Assembly: GCA_006226415.1 (NCBI GenBank)
Contig: SBGZ01000085.1
Coordinates: 23,645-87,644, forward strand
DNA from: Alphaproteobacteria bacterium
GTDB lineage: Bacteria > Pseudomonadota > Alphaproteobacteria > M2410
DNA: 64,000 nt
Direction of reading: 5' to 3'
The notes beneath the pieces were generated by a model, which saw nothing but the letters and a program-made list of their open reading frames with translations, made no database searches and was not told the origin of the DNA. The translations under genes were made by a program, and so were the position numbers. Shown here one piece after another: positions 51,584 through 61,179 of this stretch (its first letter is position 1; every line of letters begins with the position of its first letter).

Positions 51584-52462
51584 CTAAGACTGACCCACTT
51601 TCGCCGTCAACTCTTTGAAAACCTCATCAAGGTTGTGCTGAACTTCCGCGATAGTGGGGTCAATGTCGAGCGCCGCCTCATAGGCCGTGATCGCGCCCAT
51701 GAGATCTCCTTGCGCATAGGCCACATTGCCTTCACCAAAAGACCACATCCAGCTGTCCGGCCATCTTTGCCGGCCCGCCTGGTAAACCTTGATCGCCGCT
51801 TCGTAATTGCCAAGGCCTTCAAGAGCCGCGGCCCCGCGCAACACCTCGTCGCGATCCGCGCTCGCCGGTAACGCCCCGGGGCCAACCACAACCATCCCCC
51901 AGTGGTCACCACGCGCCCAAGTGCGCTGGAAGGCCGCCATGTCGACCTTTTCCATCTTGTCTTTGCCCGTGTGCAAAAGCACATAGGCATCCACAAGATC
52001 AAAGCCAACCACCACCGAATAGTGCCAGACCGGCACGGCATCGAGGCCGAGGTTTTGGAACACAATCACCGGATTGCCTGCGCCAACCTCGCGAAAGAGA
52101 TCAGCGGGCTCACTCAGCGTTACCGCGAGTTGGCCGTGCCGCCGCGCGCTGCCAATAAGGTCCGCGCGATAGGCCCCGTCAGCGCCAGGACTGAAAACCT
52201 GAGCCGCCACCTCCTCCTGGGAGACCCCGGGACCCACCCAGGCAAGGGCCATCGCCAGAGACGCCGGCCCGCAATAATCGTCCTTTTGCTCAATGAGCGG
52301 CACCCCCGCCAGAAAGACATGCGACGGCGTGCCTTGAGGCGCCGCTGTCCTTACCGAAGGCCCGGGCATGGGCGCGGAGGTGGCACAAGCAGATAGAGCC
52401 AGCGACATCACGAGGACGTACACCCGGCTCCTTGAACTATTTGAAAAACTTAACTGACGCAT
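51584..52462 (-). CDS. PA2778-like C39-type cysteine peptidase lipoprotein with C-terminal TPR
   Basis: LSAC lipobox, Q...YCGPASLAM, WHYSVVVG.D, TPR helices. Confidence 0.85.
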   Translation of the reverse strand: MRQLSFSNSSRSRVYVLVMSLALSACATSAPMPGPSVRTAAPQGTPSHVFLAGVPLIEQKDDYCGPASLAMALAWVGPGVSQEEVAAQVFSPGADGAYRADLIGSARRHGQLAVTLSEPADLFREVGAGNPVIVFQNLGLDAVPVWHYSVVVGFDLVDAYVLLHTGKDKMEKVDMAAFQRTWARGDHWGMVVVGPGALPASADRDEVLRGAAALEGLGNYEAAIKVYQAGRQRWPDSWMWSFGEGNVAYAQGDLMGAITAYEAALDIDPTIAEVQHNLDEVFKELTAKVGQS

Positions 52463-52854
52463 CGCGTAAAACTAAACACCTTGGTCATACAAAGCAAATC
52501 TGTTGCCAAAAGAATGAGGAAGACCGTCAAGAGCGCGCCGACAACCGAACTGCCCCCTGCCGCATCCTTTTCATATTGCGCAAGTATGGAAGACAGCTCC
52601 TCATCTGACAAGGCCGCCAGCCGGGCATCGGCTTCCGCCGGATCAACCCCCAGCGACAAGATCAGATCGCGAACCTCCTGCCGCTCCATCTCACTCATCA
52701 GATAGGCGCGGTCCAGGGTGCCGGCGTATTTCTGGATGACATCGGATGTGGCGACCATCTCGGCCTGGGCCGCGGTTGCCATGCCGCTCGTCACCATGAG
52801 CTGGCCAGCAAGACAAAGAGCGATTGCTTTTTTGAAATTACGCAAAGCCGCCAT
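52450..52854 (-). CDS. PA2779-like small exported protein
   Basis: Signal peptide; GVDP..A..R.AALSD.EL, AAGG, ILL.TDLL..T.VF.F. Confidence 0.82.
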   Translation of the reverse strand: MAALRNFKKAIALCLAGQLMVTSGMATAAQAEMVATSDVIQKYAGTLDRAYLMSEMERQEVRDLILSLGVDPAEADARLAALSDEELSSILAQYEKDAAGGSSVVGALLTVFLILLATDLLCMTKVFSFTRCVS

Positions 52855-53104
52855 TTTCAAATGTCCCTTATTTTCAAACAGGTCCCATGTCAGCGCTAAA
52901 CCTTGATCGCGCCAACGCCGCCGCCACCATGCCGTGATCAGTTTAAAACTCTGTTGCGCGCACCATCGGAAATTTTAGATAATCTTGAAACGATGGCCCC
53001 TAAGAGCAGAACCGATTTCTGGCTGTCTCGGACTTATTTTCATGATCTAATGGAAATTCAGGCAAACATAATGCGCTCGGAGGCGCCAAGGAAAGAAAGG
53101 CTCT

Positions 53105-54139
53105 ATGCATTACGGCCAAACTGTTATTTTGGGTCTCCTGTTATTGCTGCAGGGATGTCTGCATGTCCCTGGCACCTCTTCCCTTTCTAACACGACCTAC
53201 ACCGGCCCGGTGATCGACATGCACTTGCACGCCTTGGGCGCCGAGGACCAAGGGCCGCCGCCTCTGGCCCTTTGCGCCGGGATGACCGCCGGAACGGCCC
53301 ATGATCCCCACCAGCCCTGGGGACAAGCCTTCCTGGCACAGATGAAAGCGCCAAATTGCGCCCATCCGATCTGGTCAGCCATGACGGATACGGAGCTGCG
53401 GGATCTTTCTCTTGCCGAGCTGGAACGCTTCAACGTCACGGCTGTTTTAAGCGGCACGCCCGCGCGCGTCGCGGATTGGAAGGAGCAGGCGCCGGGTCGC
53501 ATTATCCCGGGTCTTGGGCTCAACATCGCCCGCGACCCCTTCACCCCTGAAGACATTGCCCAGGCCTTTAAGGACGGAAACTTGAAGGTGCTGGCCGAAG
53601 TCACCAACCAATATTCGGGCATTGCCCCCGATGACCCGCGCTTTGATGCCTTTTGGCAAGTGGCGGCAGATCTGGATATCCCTGTTGGCATCCACATCGG
53701 TGTCGGCCCGCCCGGCGCCGCCCAACTCTTTTCAGGCTATAAGGCAGGCCTCCACAGCCCCTTGCCGCTGGAAAATATTTTAAAAAGACATCCGACGCTT
53801 CGTGTCTACATCATGCATGCGGCCTGGCCCATGCGCGGGGAACTCAAGGCCATGCTCTACGCACACCCACATCTTTATGTCGATACCGGCATATTGCAAA
53901 TGGCCCTCACCCGCGAAGAATATTACGATTTCCTCGAAGATCTGGTGCGGTCCGGATATGGCGACCGGATCATGTTTGGCTCTGATCAGATGGTCTGGCC
54001 GGGCCTCATTGAAGAAGGCATAAACGCCATCAACCAAGCCCCCTTCCTGACCTTGCAGCAAAGGCAGGACATTCTCTACGGCAACGCCGCCCGGTTTCTG
54101 CGGCTTTCCAATGAAACCAATCATAAGCCGCAAAAGTAG
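53105..54139 (+). CDS. Amidohydrolase_2 family lipoprotein
   Basis: LQGC lipobox, IDMHLH, PVGIH, MHAAWP, MFGSDQM.WP. Confidence 0.87.
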   Translation: MHYGQTVILGLLLLLQGCLHVPGTSSLSNTTYTGPVIDMHLHALGAEDQGPPPLALCAGMTAGTAHDPHQPWGQAFLAQMKAPNCAHPIWSAMTDTELRDLSLAELERFNVTAVLSGTPARVADWKEQAPGRIIPGLGLNIARDPFTPEDIAQAFKDGNLKVLAEVTNQYSGIAPDDPRFDAFWQVAADLDIPVGIHIGVGPPGAAQLFSGYKAGLHSPLPLENILKRHPTLRVYIMHAAWPMRGELKAMLYAHPHLYVDTGILQMALTREEYYDFLEDLVRSGYGDRIMFGSDQMVWPGLIEEGINAINQAPFLTLQQRQDILYGNAARFLRLSNETNHKPQK

Positions 54140-54178
54140 TGACAGCGAGAGGCCCGGGGCGCTTAAGGGAGAAGTTAT

Positions 54179-55714
54179 ATGACCAGATTCCATGACCGCG
54201 CAGAAATTGGTCAAGCGTTTCAAGCCATGTTGCTCCTCATTTTGGGCGTGGCGACTTTTGTCGCCTTGGCGGCTTGCGACCCAACCCCCAATCCCGCGTC
54301 CGAGGAAACACGACATTTTGATATCGTAATCCAAAATGGGCGCGTGATAGACCCAGAGAGCGGATTGGACGGCTTGCGAAACATTGGCATTGTCGAAGGC
54401 AAAATCCTGGCGATCACAGACCAGCCTATGGCAGGACAAACAATAATTGACGCCGATGGCATGATCGTCGCCCCGGGTTTTATCGATCTGCACAGCCACA
54501 CCCCAACACCGCTCGGACAATACTACCAGGTCCTTGACGGTGTCACGACCGCTTTGGAGCTTGAAGCGGGCGCATATCCGGTGGAGGCGATCAAATCCTT
54601 TACAGACAATAAAGCTGTGATCAATTACGGCGCCTCCGTAAGCCATCTGGCAATTCGCCTGCTGGTAAAACAAAATATAGTCAAGCCACACCTGCTGAGT
54701 AACATCGATTTTGCGGCCGCTCTGCCATCAGCCACCCAGCCAGCGACACCACAAGAAATCGATGAAATGCGTATGCACATTGAACGCGGCCTCAGTGAAG
54801 GCGGCCTGGGTATTGGGCTCTTATTGGACTACATAAGTGAGGCCGTCAGTGAGGATGAGCTGGAAATGATCTTTTCAGCAGCTGCCGCCCACGAAGCCCC
54901 CGTCTTTGTCCACATTCGTCGCGGCCTGCCAGGCGACACCACCGGGCTCCTTGAAATTGTCGAGGCGGCACGCAAATACGGCACCCCTGTCCACATTTGC
55001 CACCTCAATGCCAGCGCCATGGGCGGGACAAGTCAGTTTCTCTCGATCATAAACAAGGCACGCGCGAGCGGCGTCGACATAACGACCGAAGCCTATCCCT
55101 GGAACGCGGGCTCAACATCCATTTCCGCGGCGGTATTCGACAAGGACTGGCAAGCCATATTTGACATCGACTATGGTGATATAGAATGGCCCGAAACCGG
55201 AGAGCGTTTTACCGAACAGACCTGGAATGAATACAGGGAAAAGTTTCCAAACGGCACTGTCATCCACCATTATGGCCGCGAGGCGTGGACCGGTCTGGCG
55301 ATGACGGCAAAAGACGTGATCATTGCCAGCGATGCCATGCCATTGGTCAACCCCAACCAACGCGTACATCCTCGGGGCATCGGAACCTTTTCAAAAGCAT
55401 TGGGGAAATACTTCACGAGCGACCCGGCTTTGGTCGAAGGATTGCGGAAAATGACGCTTTTACCAGCATTGCGGCTGCAGTCGATTGCACCGCGATTTGA
55501 ACGCAAAGGTCGCATACAGATTGGAATGGATGCCGACATAACTATCTTTGACCCGAGTGCGATCGGTGCGGTCGCGACTTATCGCAGCCCGCTACAGGCT
55601 TCCAAAGGGATTACCTATGTACTGGTAGGTGGCAAGCTAGTGGTGAACCAGGGACAGGTGATCGAAGACGTTTACCCTGGGGAAATGATCCTAGGGGCCA
55701 CGGGACCGCATTAA
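54179..55714 (+). CDS. N-acyl-D-amino-acid deacylase-like amidohydrolase
   Basis: PGFIDLHSH, EAYP, IASDA, HPRG.GTF, KGRI..G.DAD. Confidence 0.87.
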   Translation: MTRFHDRAEIGQAFQAMLLLILGVATFVALAACDPTPNPASEETRHFDIVIQNGRVIDPESGLDGLRNIGIVEGKILAITDQPMAGQTIIDADGMIVAPGFIDLHSHTPTPLGQYYQVLDGVTTALELEAGAYPVEAIKSFTDNKAVINYGASVSHLAIRLLVKQNIVKPHLLSNIDFAAALPSATQPATPQEIDEMRMHIERGLSEGGLGIGLLLDYISEAVSEDELEMIFSAAAAHEAPVFVHIRRGLPGDTTGLLEIVEAARKYGTPVHICHLNASAMGGTSQFLSIINKARASGVDITTEAYPWNAGSTSISAAVFDKDWQAIFDIDYGDIEWPETGERFTEQTWNEYREKFPNGTVIHHYGREAWTGLAMTAKDVIIASDAMPLVNPNQRVHPRGIGTFSKALGKYFTSDPALVEGLRKMTLLPALRLQSIAPRFERKGRIQIGMDADITIFDPSAIGAVATYRSPLQASKGITYVLVGGKLVVNQGQVIEDVYPGEMILGATGPH

Positions 55715-55792
55715 GGGTCCGGGTAGCTCAGATTAAAAGCAGGTTTTGCCTGTTGATCTACAAAAGCTTCTCCACTATCCATGAGATCCAGC

Positions 55793-55869
55793 GGCCCCGT
55801 AGCTCAGGTGGATAGAGCACCAGATTCCTAATCTGGGGGCCACAGGTTCGAATCCTGTCGGGGTCGCCA
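55793..55869 (+). tRNA. tRNA-Arg (anticodon CCT)
   Basis: Acceptor GGCCCCG/CGGGGTC, D arm, anticodon stem CCAGA-TTCCTAA-TCTGG, GGTTCGAATCC, encoded CCA; 77 nt. Confidence 0.97.
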
Positions 55870-55876
55870 GCTTGTC

Positions 55877-56827
55877 TCAATCTTCAAAACTCACCGGCGG
55901 CAACACCTTGCGGTTCACATCAAGTTTGAAGAGATCCGGCCGGCCATAGTGCCCTGCCACATCCAGGGACCGCCGGGCGCGCCGCGCCGCCTCGATATCA
56001 ATATCACCATAAAGAATACTTTTGTCGCGGGTGTGCGGCCCGGCAAGAACACCGCCCATCGGCTTGACGATCACGGCATCGCCGTCGTTGATCCATTCAT
56101 CGTCGGTAAAGAGCTCATCGCGGCTCGGAAAATCGGCCGGCACGTCTTTGCCTTCCATCGCTGTCGCCGTGCCAATGACCCAGCAACCACCTTCCTTGGC
56201 GATATGCCGCATACTGGCAATCCAGCTCTCCCCGGTGTCCCAGGTCGGCGCCACGTAGATATCGATGTCCTGGGCATAAAGCGCAAAGCGCGCCAAAGGC
56301 ATATAATTTTCCCAGCAGATCAGCGCGCCAATGCGCCCGACCGCCGTTTCAACCACATTCAGGCCAGAGCCATCGCCCTGCCCCCACACCATGCGTTCCG
56401 GATTGGTCGGCATCAATTTGCGATGACGGTTAGCAATCCACCCATCCGCATCAATGATCACCACGCTGTTAAAGAGGGTCGTGCCAGAAAAATCACTGTC
56501 GAGCTCATTGAGCCCCATCACAATCACAACCCCGTGCTTGGCCGCCGCCTCACAAAGAGGTTCAAGATCTCCGGCATCAATATCCACCGCATTGGCCCGC
56601 AACCGGGCATGAATCTCGCCTGTCAGGCCGCCGTCATTGCCAGGTCTGAGCCGCCAGATCCAGGTCGGATACCCCGGCAGATAGGTCTCCGGAAAAACTA
56701 AAAGCTTTGCCCCCTCACCGGCGGCCTCTTCAACGGAGGCCAGAGCCGCTGCCATGGACGCCTTCAAATCAAGCAGAACCGGCGGGCGCTGGATGACGGC
56801 AACTTTGACGCTCTGTGAATGTGTCAT
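55877..56827 (-). CDS. Nitrilase (carbon-nitrogen hydrolase)
   Basis: FPE, HRKLMPT..ER..WG.GDG, LICWEN (E-K-C triad), GHY.RPD. Confidence 0.93.
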   Translation of the reverse strand: MTHSQSVKVAVIQRPPVLLDLKASMAAALASVEEAAGEGAKLLVFPETYLPGYPTWIWRLRPGNDGGLTGEIHARLRANAVDIDAGDLEPLCEAAAKHGVVIVMGLNELDSDFSGTTLFNSVVIIDADGWIANRHRKLMPTNPERMVWGQGDGSGLNVVETAVGRIGALICWENYMPLARFALYAQDIDIYVAPTWDTGESWIASMRHIAKEGGCWVIGTATAMEGKDVPADFPSRDELFTDDEWINDGDAVIVKPMGGVLAGPHTRDKSILYGDIDIEAARRARRSLDVAGHYGRPDLFKLDVNRKVLPPVSFED

Positions 56828-57036
56828 GGATTGATTCGCTTTCGGGCTTTGTTTCAGAAGTGACGATCTAAGCGGCTAACTTAACAGCCCAGGCACTCGT
56901 TGCGAAGACGGATCTCCAATGTACGCACACTTATTGATCTCCCCTTCCTCCCGGGTATAGTGAACGGATCGACTAAACATTGATTCCGGCGCCCCCGCGA
57001 AATCTTGGGGGGAATATCCAAACAGCAAGGCTCTTG

Positions 57037-58893
57037 ATGACAGGCTTGACGCACCCACCTCGCCCCCAAATGGCCTACCGTATTGGCATTACCGGCCACC
57101 GGCGCAACCGCATAAGAGCCGAACAGATCGAGCGTATCGAAAATGAGCTGGCGAACGTCTTTTCGATTATTGATGAGGCCGTCAAAAAATCCCACGAAGC
57201 CTTTTCAACCTATTATGAGGCTAACCCGCCCGTCGTGCGACTGATCACACCTCTGGCCGACGGCGCTGATTCGCTCGCCGCCAAGGTCGCTCTCAAACAT
57301 GCCTTTGATCTGCACGCCCCGATTCCTTTCCACAAAGCCGAATACGCCACCGATTTCGAACCGGACGCCCGGCGCGAACTTGAAGCCTTCATCGCCAACG
57401 CCACAAGCATTTATGAGCTTGATGGGGGGCGCACGTCGGACCGCGATGAGGCCACGGCCTATCTCGCTGCCGGTTACATGACCCTCAAGCAATCAGATGT
57501 CTTGGTGGCGGTATGGGATGGTGAAGGCGCCAGAGGTGTCGGCGGCACGGGCATGATCGTCGAGGCCGCCGTGCAGCAAGGCATTCCCGTTGTTTGGATC
57601 CATGCCGATGAACCCATGCCTGCCTGCATATTGTCAGAGGAGCTGACCTGCGACAAACCCTTGTCAGAGCTTACCAATATTGTCAGTCACGAATTGCAGC
57701 CGCCTTTCGTGCGCGACGCAGAGCAAAGCGATCCAGAACTCAGTGAGGAACAGCTCGCACTTGAAGTTTATTTGAGCGAAATCGAAAGACGTACAAATTA
57801 CGGAATTTTCTATCGCCTCATGGAAAGCCTTCTAACCCTGTCGCGCCCACGCGGCATATCGATCCGGAAGGCGCCCTACCTTCCGCGCACTGAAGAGATG
57901 TATCACGACCTGGCGACAAAACTGCCGTCAGCAGGGACCCGGGCTTTCACGCAAATGGAAGAGGTCCTGTTGTCCCGGTTCTGCTGGGCGGACAATCTCG
58001 CACTGCATTACGCCGATATTTATCGCTCTTCCTACGCAATGAATTACTTCCTCAGCGCCTTTGCTGTCTTGTTGGCACTCATGGAAATCCTGACCGGCGG
58101 CTGGAAATTTGTCTGGATCTCGGTGGAAGTGGTGACCATCCTCGCGGTTCTCCTGATTACCTTGCGCGGTAAACGCAATCGCTGGCACGAAAAATGGATC
58201 GACTACCGCCAGCTGGCCGAACAATTGCGCCACTTGCGCTATCTTTATTTGTCGGGCGGCCTGTCACGGGACTCGCGCGCCCAGCAACAAAGCGACACCT
58301 CCCTTGGATCAGATTCCTGGGTGCAATGGTATTATCAGGCAACCGTGCGAGAGCTGGGCATGGCTCACATCGAATGCACGGAAACCTTTCGCGAAGAACT
58401 CTCCCGCTCCTATATTGACGACGAGCTCAATCCGCAGATTTCCTATCACGCCGCCAAGAGCCATACGCTGGAGCATATGGAACATGCCCTGCACAAAACC
58501 GGCGAATATCTTTTTGCCGCGACTCTGGTCATCTGCATCAGCTTTCTGGGCCTTTTGATCCTCTCCAAGATAAATGACCACGGCATTGCCTATAAGCTCA
58601 CCAAGGCCTTAAAGGGTTTTGTAACAGCCGCCACGGCCTTTTTCCCGGCCCTGGGCGCCGCCACCTTTGGCATCCGGGTGCAAGGCGAATTTGCCTCCAC
58701 TGCCAGCCGGTCTCATGCCATGTCCCGCCGTCTGACGGTGACGCGCGACGAACTCGCTCTTTATGCGGAAAATGCGCCCCCCAACTTAAGGGATCTGCGC
58801 CGCAACATCGAAACCGCCACCGAAACCATGATGGTGGAGATCGTTGACTGGAAATTCGTCTTTAGTAGCAAACCCTTATCCCTTCCCGCCTAA
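57037..58893 (+). CDS. SLOG (YpsA-like) domain fused to two SLATT/DUF4231-like 2TM modules
   Basis: IGITGHR, LADGAD, SDVLVAVWDG..GVGGT..IV..A...GIPV; then AD.LA..Y +2TM+ W.DYR.LAE.LR; then Q.SYH +2TM+ E..DW. Confidence 0.75.
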   Translation: MTGLTHPPRPQMAYRIGITGHRRNRIRAEQIERIENELANVFSIIDEAVKKSHEAFSTYYEANPPVVRLITPLADGADSLAAKVALKHAFDLHAPIPFHKAEYATDFEPDARRELEAFIANATSIYELDGGRTSDRDEATAYLAAGYMTLKQSDVLVAVWDGEGARGVGGTGMIVEAAVQQGIPVVWIHADEPMPACILSEELTCDKPLSELTNIVSHELQPPFVRDAEQSDPELSEEQLALEVYLSEIERRTNYGIFYRLMESLLTLSRPRGISIRKAPYLPRTEEMYHDLATKLPSAGTRAFTQMEEVLLSRFCWADNLALHYADIYRSSYAMNYFLSAFAVLLALMEILTGGWKFVWISVEVVTILAVLLITLRGKRNRWHEKWIDYRQLAEQLRHLRYLYLSGGLSRDSRAQQQSDTSLGSDSWVQWYYQATVRELGMAHIECTETFREELSRSYIDDELNPQISYHAAKSHTLEHMEHALHKTGEYLFAATLVICISFLGLLILSKINDHGIAYKLTKALKGFVTAATAFFPALGAATFGIRVQGEFASTASRSHAMSRRLTVTRDELALYAENAPPNLRDLRRNIETATETMMVEIVDWKFVFSSKPLSLPA

Positions 58894-59010
58894 TGACCGG
58901 ACAAATTTTCAATATGCGCGAAAAACCGCAGAAACCCTGACCTATTACTTGGCTGAGGGTCAAATACCATGTTATGGTAATTGGCAAATCTGCGGGGGGT
59001 GCGGGATTAT

Positions 59011-61143
59011 ATGTCCGACGTTTTTATTTCCTATTCTCGAAACGACAAGGATCGAGTTGAAAAGCTTGTCGAGGCCATGCGCGCGCGTGGAATTGATGTC
59101 TGGTGGGATCCCAAGATCCGCACCGGGACAGAATTCCGCTTCGAAATAGCCCAGGCGCTCGAGAACGCACGGGTCGTCGTTGTCGTCTGGTCGGCCCATT
59201 CCGTTGCCTCACGATTTGTCTGGGACGAAGCCGATGAAGGCGCCCAGCGCGGCGCACTCGTTCCCGCCCTCTTTGACCTGGTCGATATCCCGCTTGGTTT
59301 CCGCCAGATCCAAACAGCGGACCTATCTCGCTGGCACGGTAAGCGCAAGGACCCTGCCTTGATGGAATTCCTCGACGTGGTTCAGGACGCCGTCAAATAC
59401 GGCCGCAAAGCCAAGCCGGTGAAGCCAACCAAAAAGCCCAAGCCCGTTGCCCATGAAGAGCCTCAAGAGGTCGAGGAAACAACAGCCCCCGCGCCGGCCC
59501 CTGAACGCCAGCCCAGCCGATCTGAGACCCGAAGGCGGCCGCGGCGCAGTGCCATGGTTACCGGCCAGCGCATGCGCACAAAGCTGTTCATGAAGGCGCT
59601 CATGTTGACGGTTTTGATCGGCGGTGCCTTTGGCGCCCTGGCCTATCTGTCGGATTTCGTATTTGACGCTTACCGCCCCTATATGGTGGGCGCCATAGCC
59701 GGGTTGGTCTTTATTTCTCGTTTCTCGACCTTTGAGGCAGATCGCGCTCAGGGCGCGGCCTCGCTGAGGCTCTTGCCCCGCTCCTATCTTGCCCTCCTCT
59801 TCTTTGCCGCCATCTCGATCGCGCCAGCTCTTCTGGAGGGCCGCATGTACGCGGCAGCCCTGCAGGCGGTCCGCATGGAAGGTGTTGAAGGCGCAGACAT
59901 TAACGGCGTTGCCTTTAGCAGCGATGGCAATGAGATCATCACCACGTCAGACGACACCACCGCGCGTCTGTGGGATTCCAAAACCGGGGTCGAACTCGGG
60001 ATCTATGGCGGTCATGAACATTGGGTCTGGGGCGCCGGTTTCAGCCCCGATGGTAGCGAAGTCGTCACCGCCTCGCGAGACATGACAGCCCAGGTCTGGT
60101 CCACCAAAAATCGCAAGCCCATTGAAACACTCAAAGGGCACACAGCCAGCGTCTACGACGCCGCCTTTTCGCCCGACGGCAAAACCATTGCAACTGCCTC
60201 CGCCGACAAAACTGTTCGCCTGTGGAACGTGGAATCTGGCGAAAGCATCGCCCTCATGAGCGGCCACACAGACAAGGTAACCGGACTTGATTTCAGCCCA
60301 AGCGGCAATACCCTCGGCACGGTTTCAGAAGATGGGACTCTGCGCCTCTGGCGGGTTCCCAGCGGCAGTGCCCTTGGCCGCATGACAGCAGGCAGCAACC
60401 TTTTGTCGGTTGATTTTAACAATGACGGAACCCAGATCGCCGCCTCCGATGAAAACGGCCAAATATATGTTTGGGATGTCGGGAGCCGCAGTCTCGTCCG
60501 CAAAATCACCGCGCCTACAAAACAATATGGCGTCGCTTTCGCAGGGAACAAAAGTCAGTTTATCGCCGGTGGCGGGTTGGACGACACCTTACGCATCTGG
60601 AAAATCTCCGACGGTGAAATTTTGCATGAATTGACCGGCCATGAGTCCGACATTCGCGCAGTGAGTGCCGCGCCCGATGGCGCCTATGTAGCCACAGCCT
60701 CACGTGACAATACCGCACGCATTTGGGATGTAGAGACAGGCAAGCAAGTGCAAATCATGGGGCACATCAAACCAGCCCTGCGTCTGCCGATGGCCCTCGA
60801 TCTGCCGCCCTACATTACTGCCTCCAGAGCACCCGTGCCGCTTGACGTGACAAAGGATCGCGATGAGCTGGTTTATTTGCTCGGCAAAGGCTTTGTCCTC
60901 GCGTCAATCTTGCTGCTGGCGGGCCTGTTCTTCAAAGGGTTCTTCAAGCTCATTCGGCTGCAGCGACTTTCAAACATCTCTGTCGTATTGATGCTGGGTC
61001 TGCCAACGCTCTACATAGCCGCTTTGATGGTCTCAGCTTTGCCCATTCAGGCCATGGGGCTTTGGGCTACGATTGCCTTCTTGCCGGCAGCGGTCTATGC
61101 GCTCCTGCGTTGGATCGCCACAAAGGCCATCGTCCGCAGATAA
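59011..61143 (+). CDS. TIR domain - 3 TM - seven WD40 repeats - 3 TM protein
   Basis: DVFISYSR, VWWD..I..G, VVVWS..SVAS.FV.DE; WD40 repeats GH..V...FSPDG...TAS.D.T.R.W; hydrophobic segments on both sides of the propeller. Confidence 0.9.
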   Translation: MSDVFISYSRNDKDRVEKLVEAMRARGIDVWWDPKIRTGTEFRFEIAQALENARVVVVVWSAHSVASRFVWDEADEGAQRGALVPALFDLVDIPLGFRQIQTADLSRWHGKRKDPALMEFLDVVQDAVKYGRKAKPVKPTKKPKPVAHEEPQEVEETTAPAPAPERQPSRSETRRRPRRSAMVTGQRMRTKLFMKALMLTVLIGGAFGALAYLSDFVFDAYRPYMVGAIAGLVFISRFSTFEADRAQGAASLRLLPRSYLALLFFAAISIAPALLEGRMYAAALQAVRMEGVEGADINGVAFSSDGNEIITTSDDTTARLWDSKTGVELGIYGGHEHWVWGAGFSPDGSEVVTASRDMTAQVWSTKNRKPIETLKGHTASVYDAAFSPDGKTIATASADKTVRLWNVESGESIALMSGHTDKVTGLDFSPSGNTLGTVSEDGTLRLWRVPSGSALGRMTAGSNLLSVDFNNDGTQIAASDENGQIYVWDVGSRSLVRKITAPTKQYGVAFAGNKSQFIAGGGLDDTLRIWKISDGEILHELTGHESDIRAVSAAPDGAYVATASRDNTARIWDVETGKQVQIMGHIKPALRLPMALDLPPYITASRAPVPLDVTKDRDELVYLLGKGFVLASILLLAGLFFKGFFKLIRLQRLSNISVVLMLGLPTLYIAALMVSALPIQAMGLWATIAFLPAAVYALLRWIATKAIVRR
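59890..60729 (+). repeat. Seven degenerate WD40 coding repeats (about 42 codons each)
   Basis: Repeats end RLWD, QVWS, RLWN, RLWR, YVWD, RIWK, RIWD. Confidence 0.85.
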
Positions 61144-61145
61144 AG

Positions 61146-61174
61146 AAAACCCTGATCACAAGGATCAGGGTTTT
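61146..61174. terminator. Bidirectional intrinsic terminator
   Basis: AAAACCCTGATC-ACAAG-GATCAGGGTTTT between convergent genes. Confidence 0.88.
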
Positions 61175-61179
61175 AGAAT

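Noticed and set aside
55723-55731. GTAGCTCAG copy of part of the tRNA 5' region just upstream of tRNA-Arg
   Set aside because: Only 9 bp, too short to call an att site or tRNA remnant.
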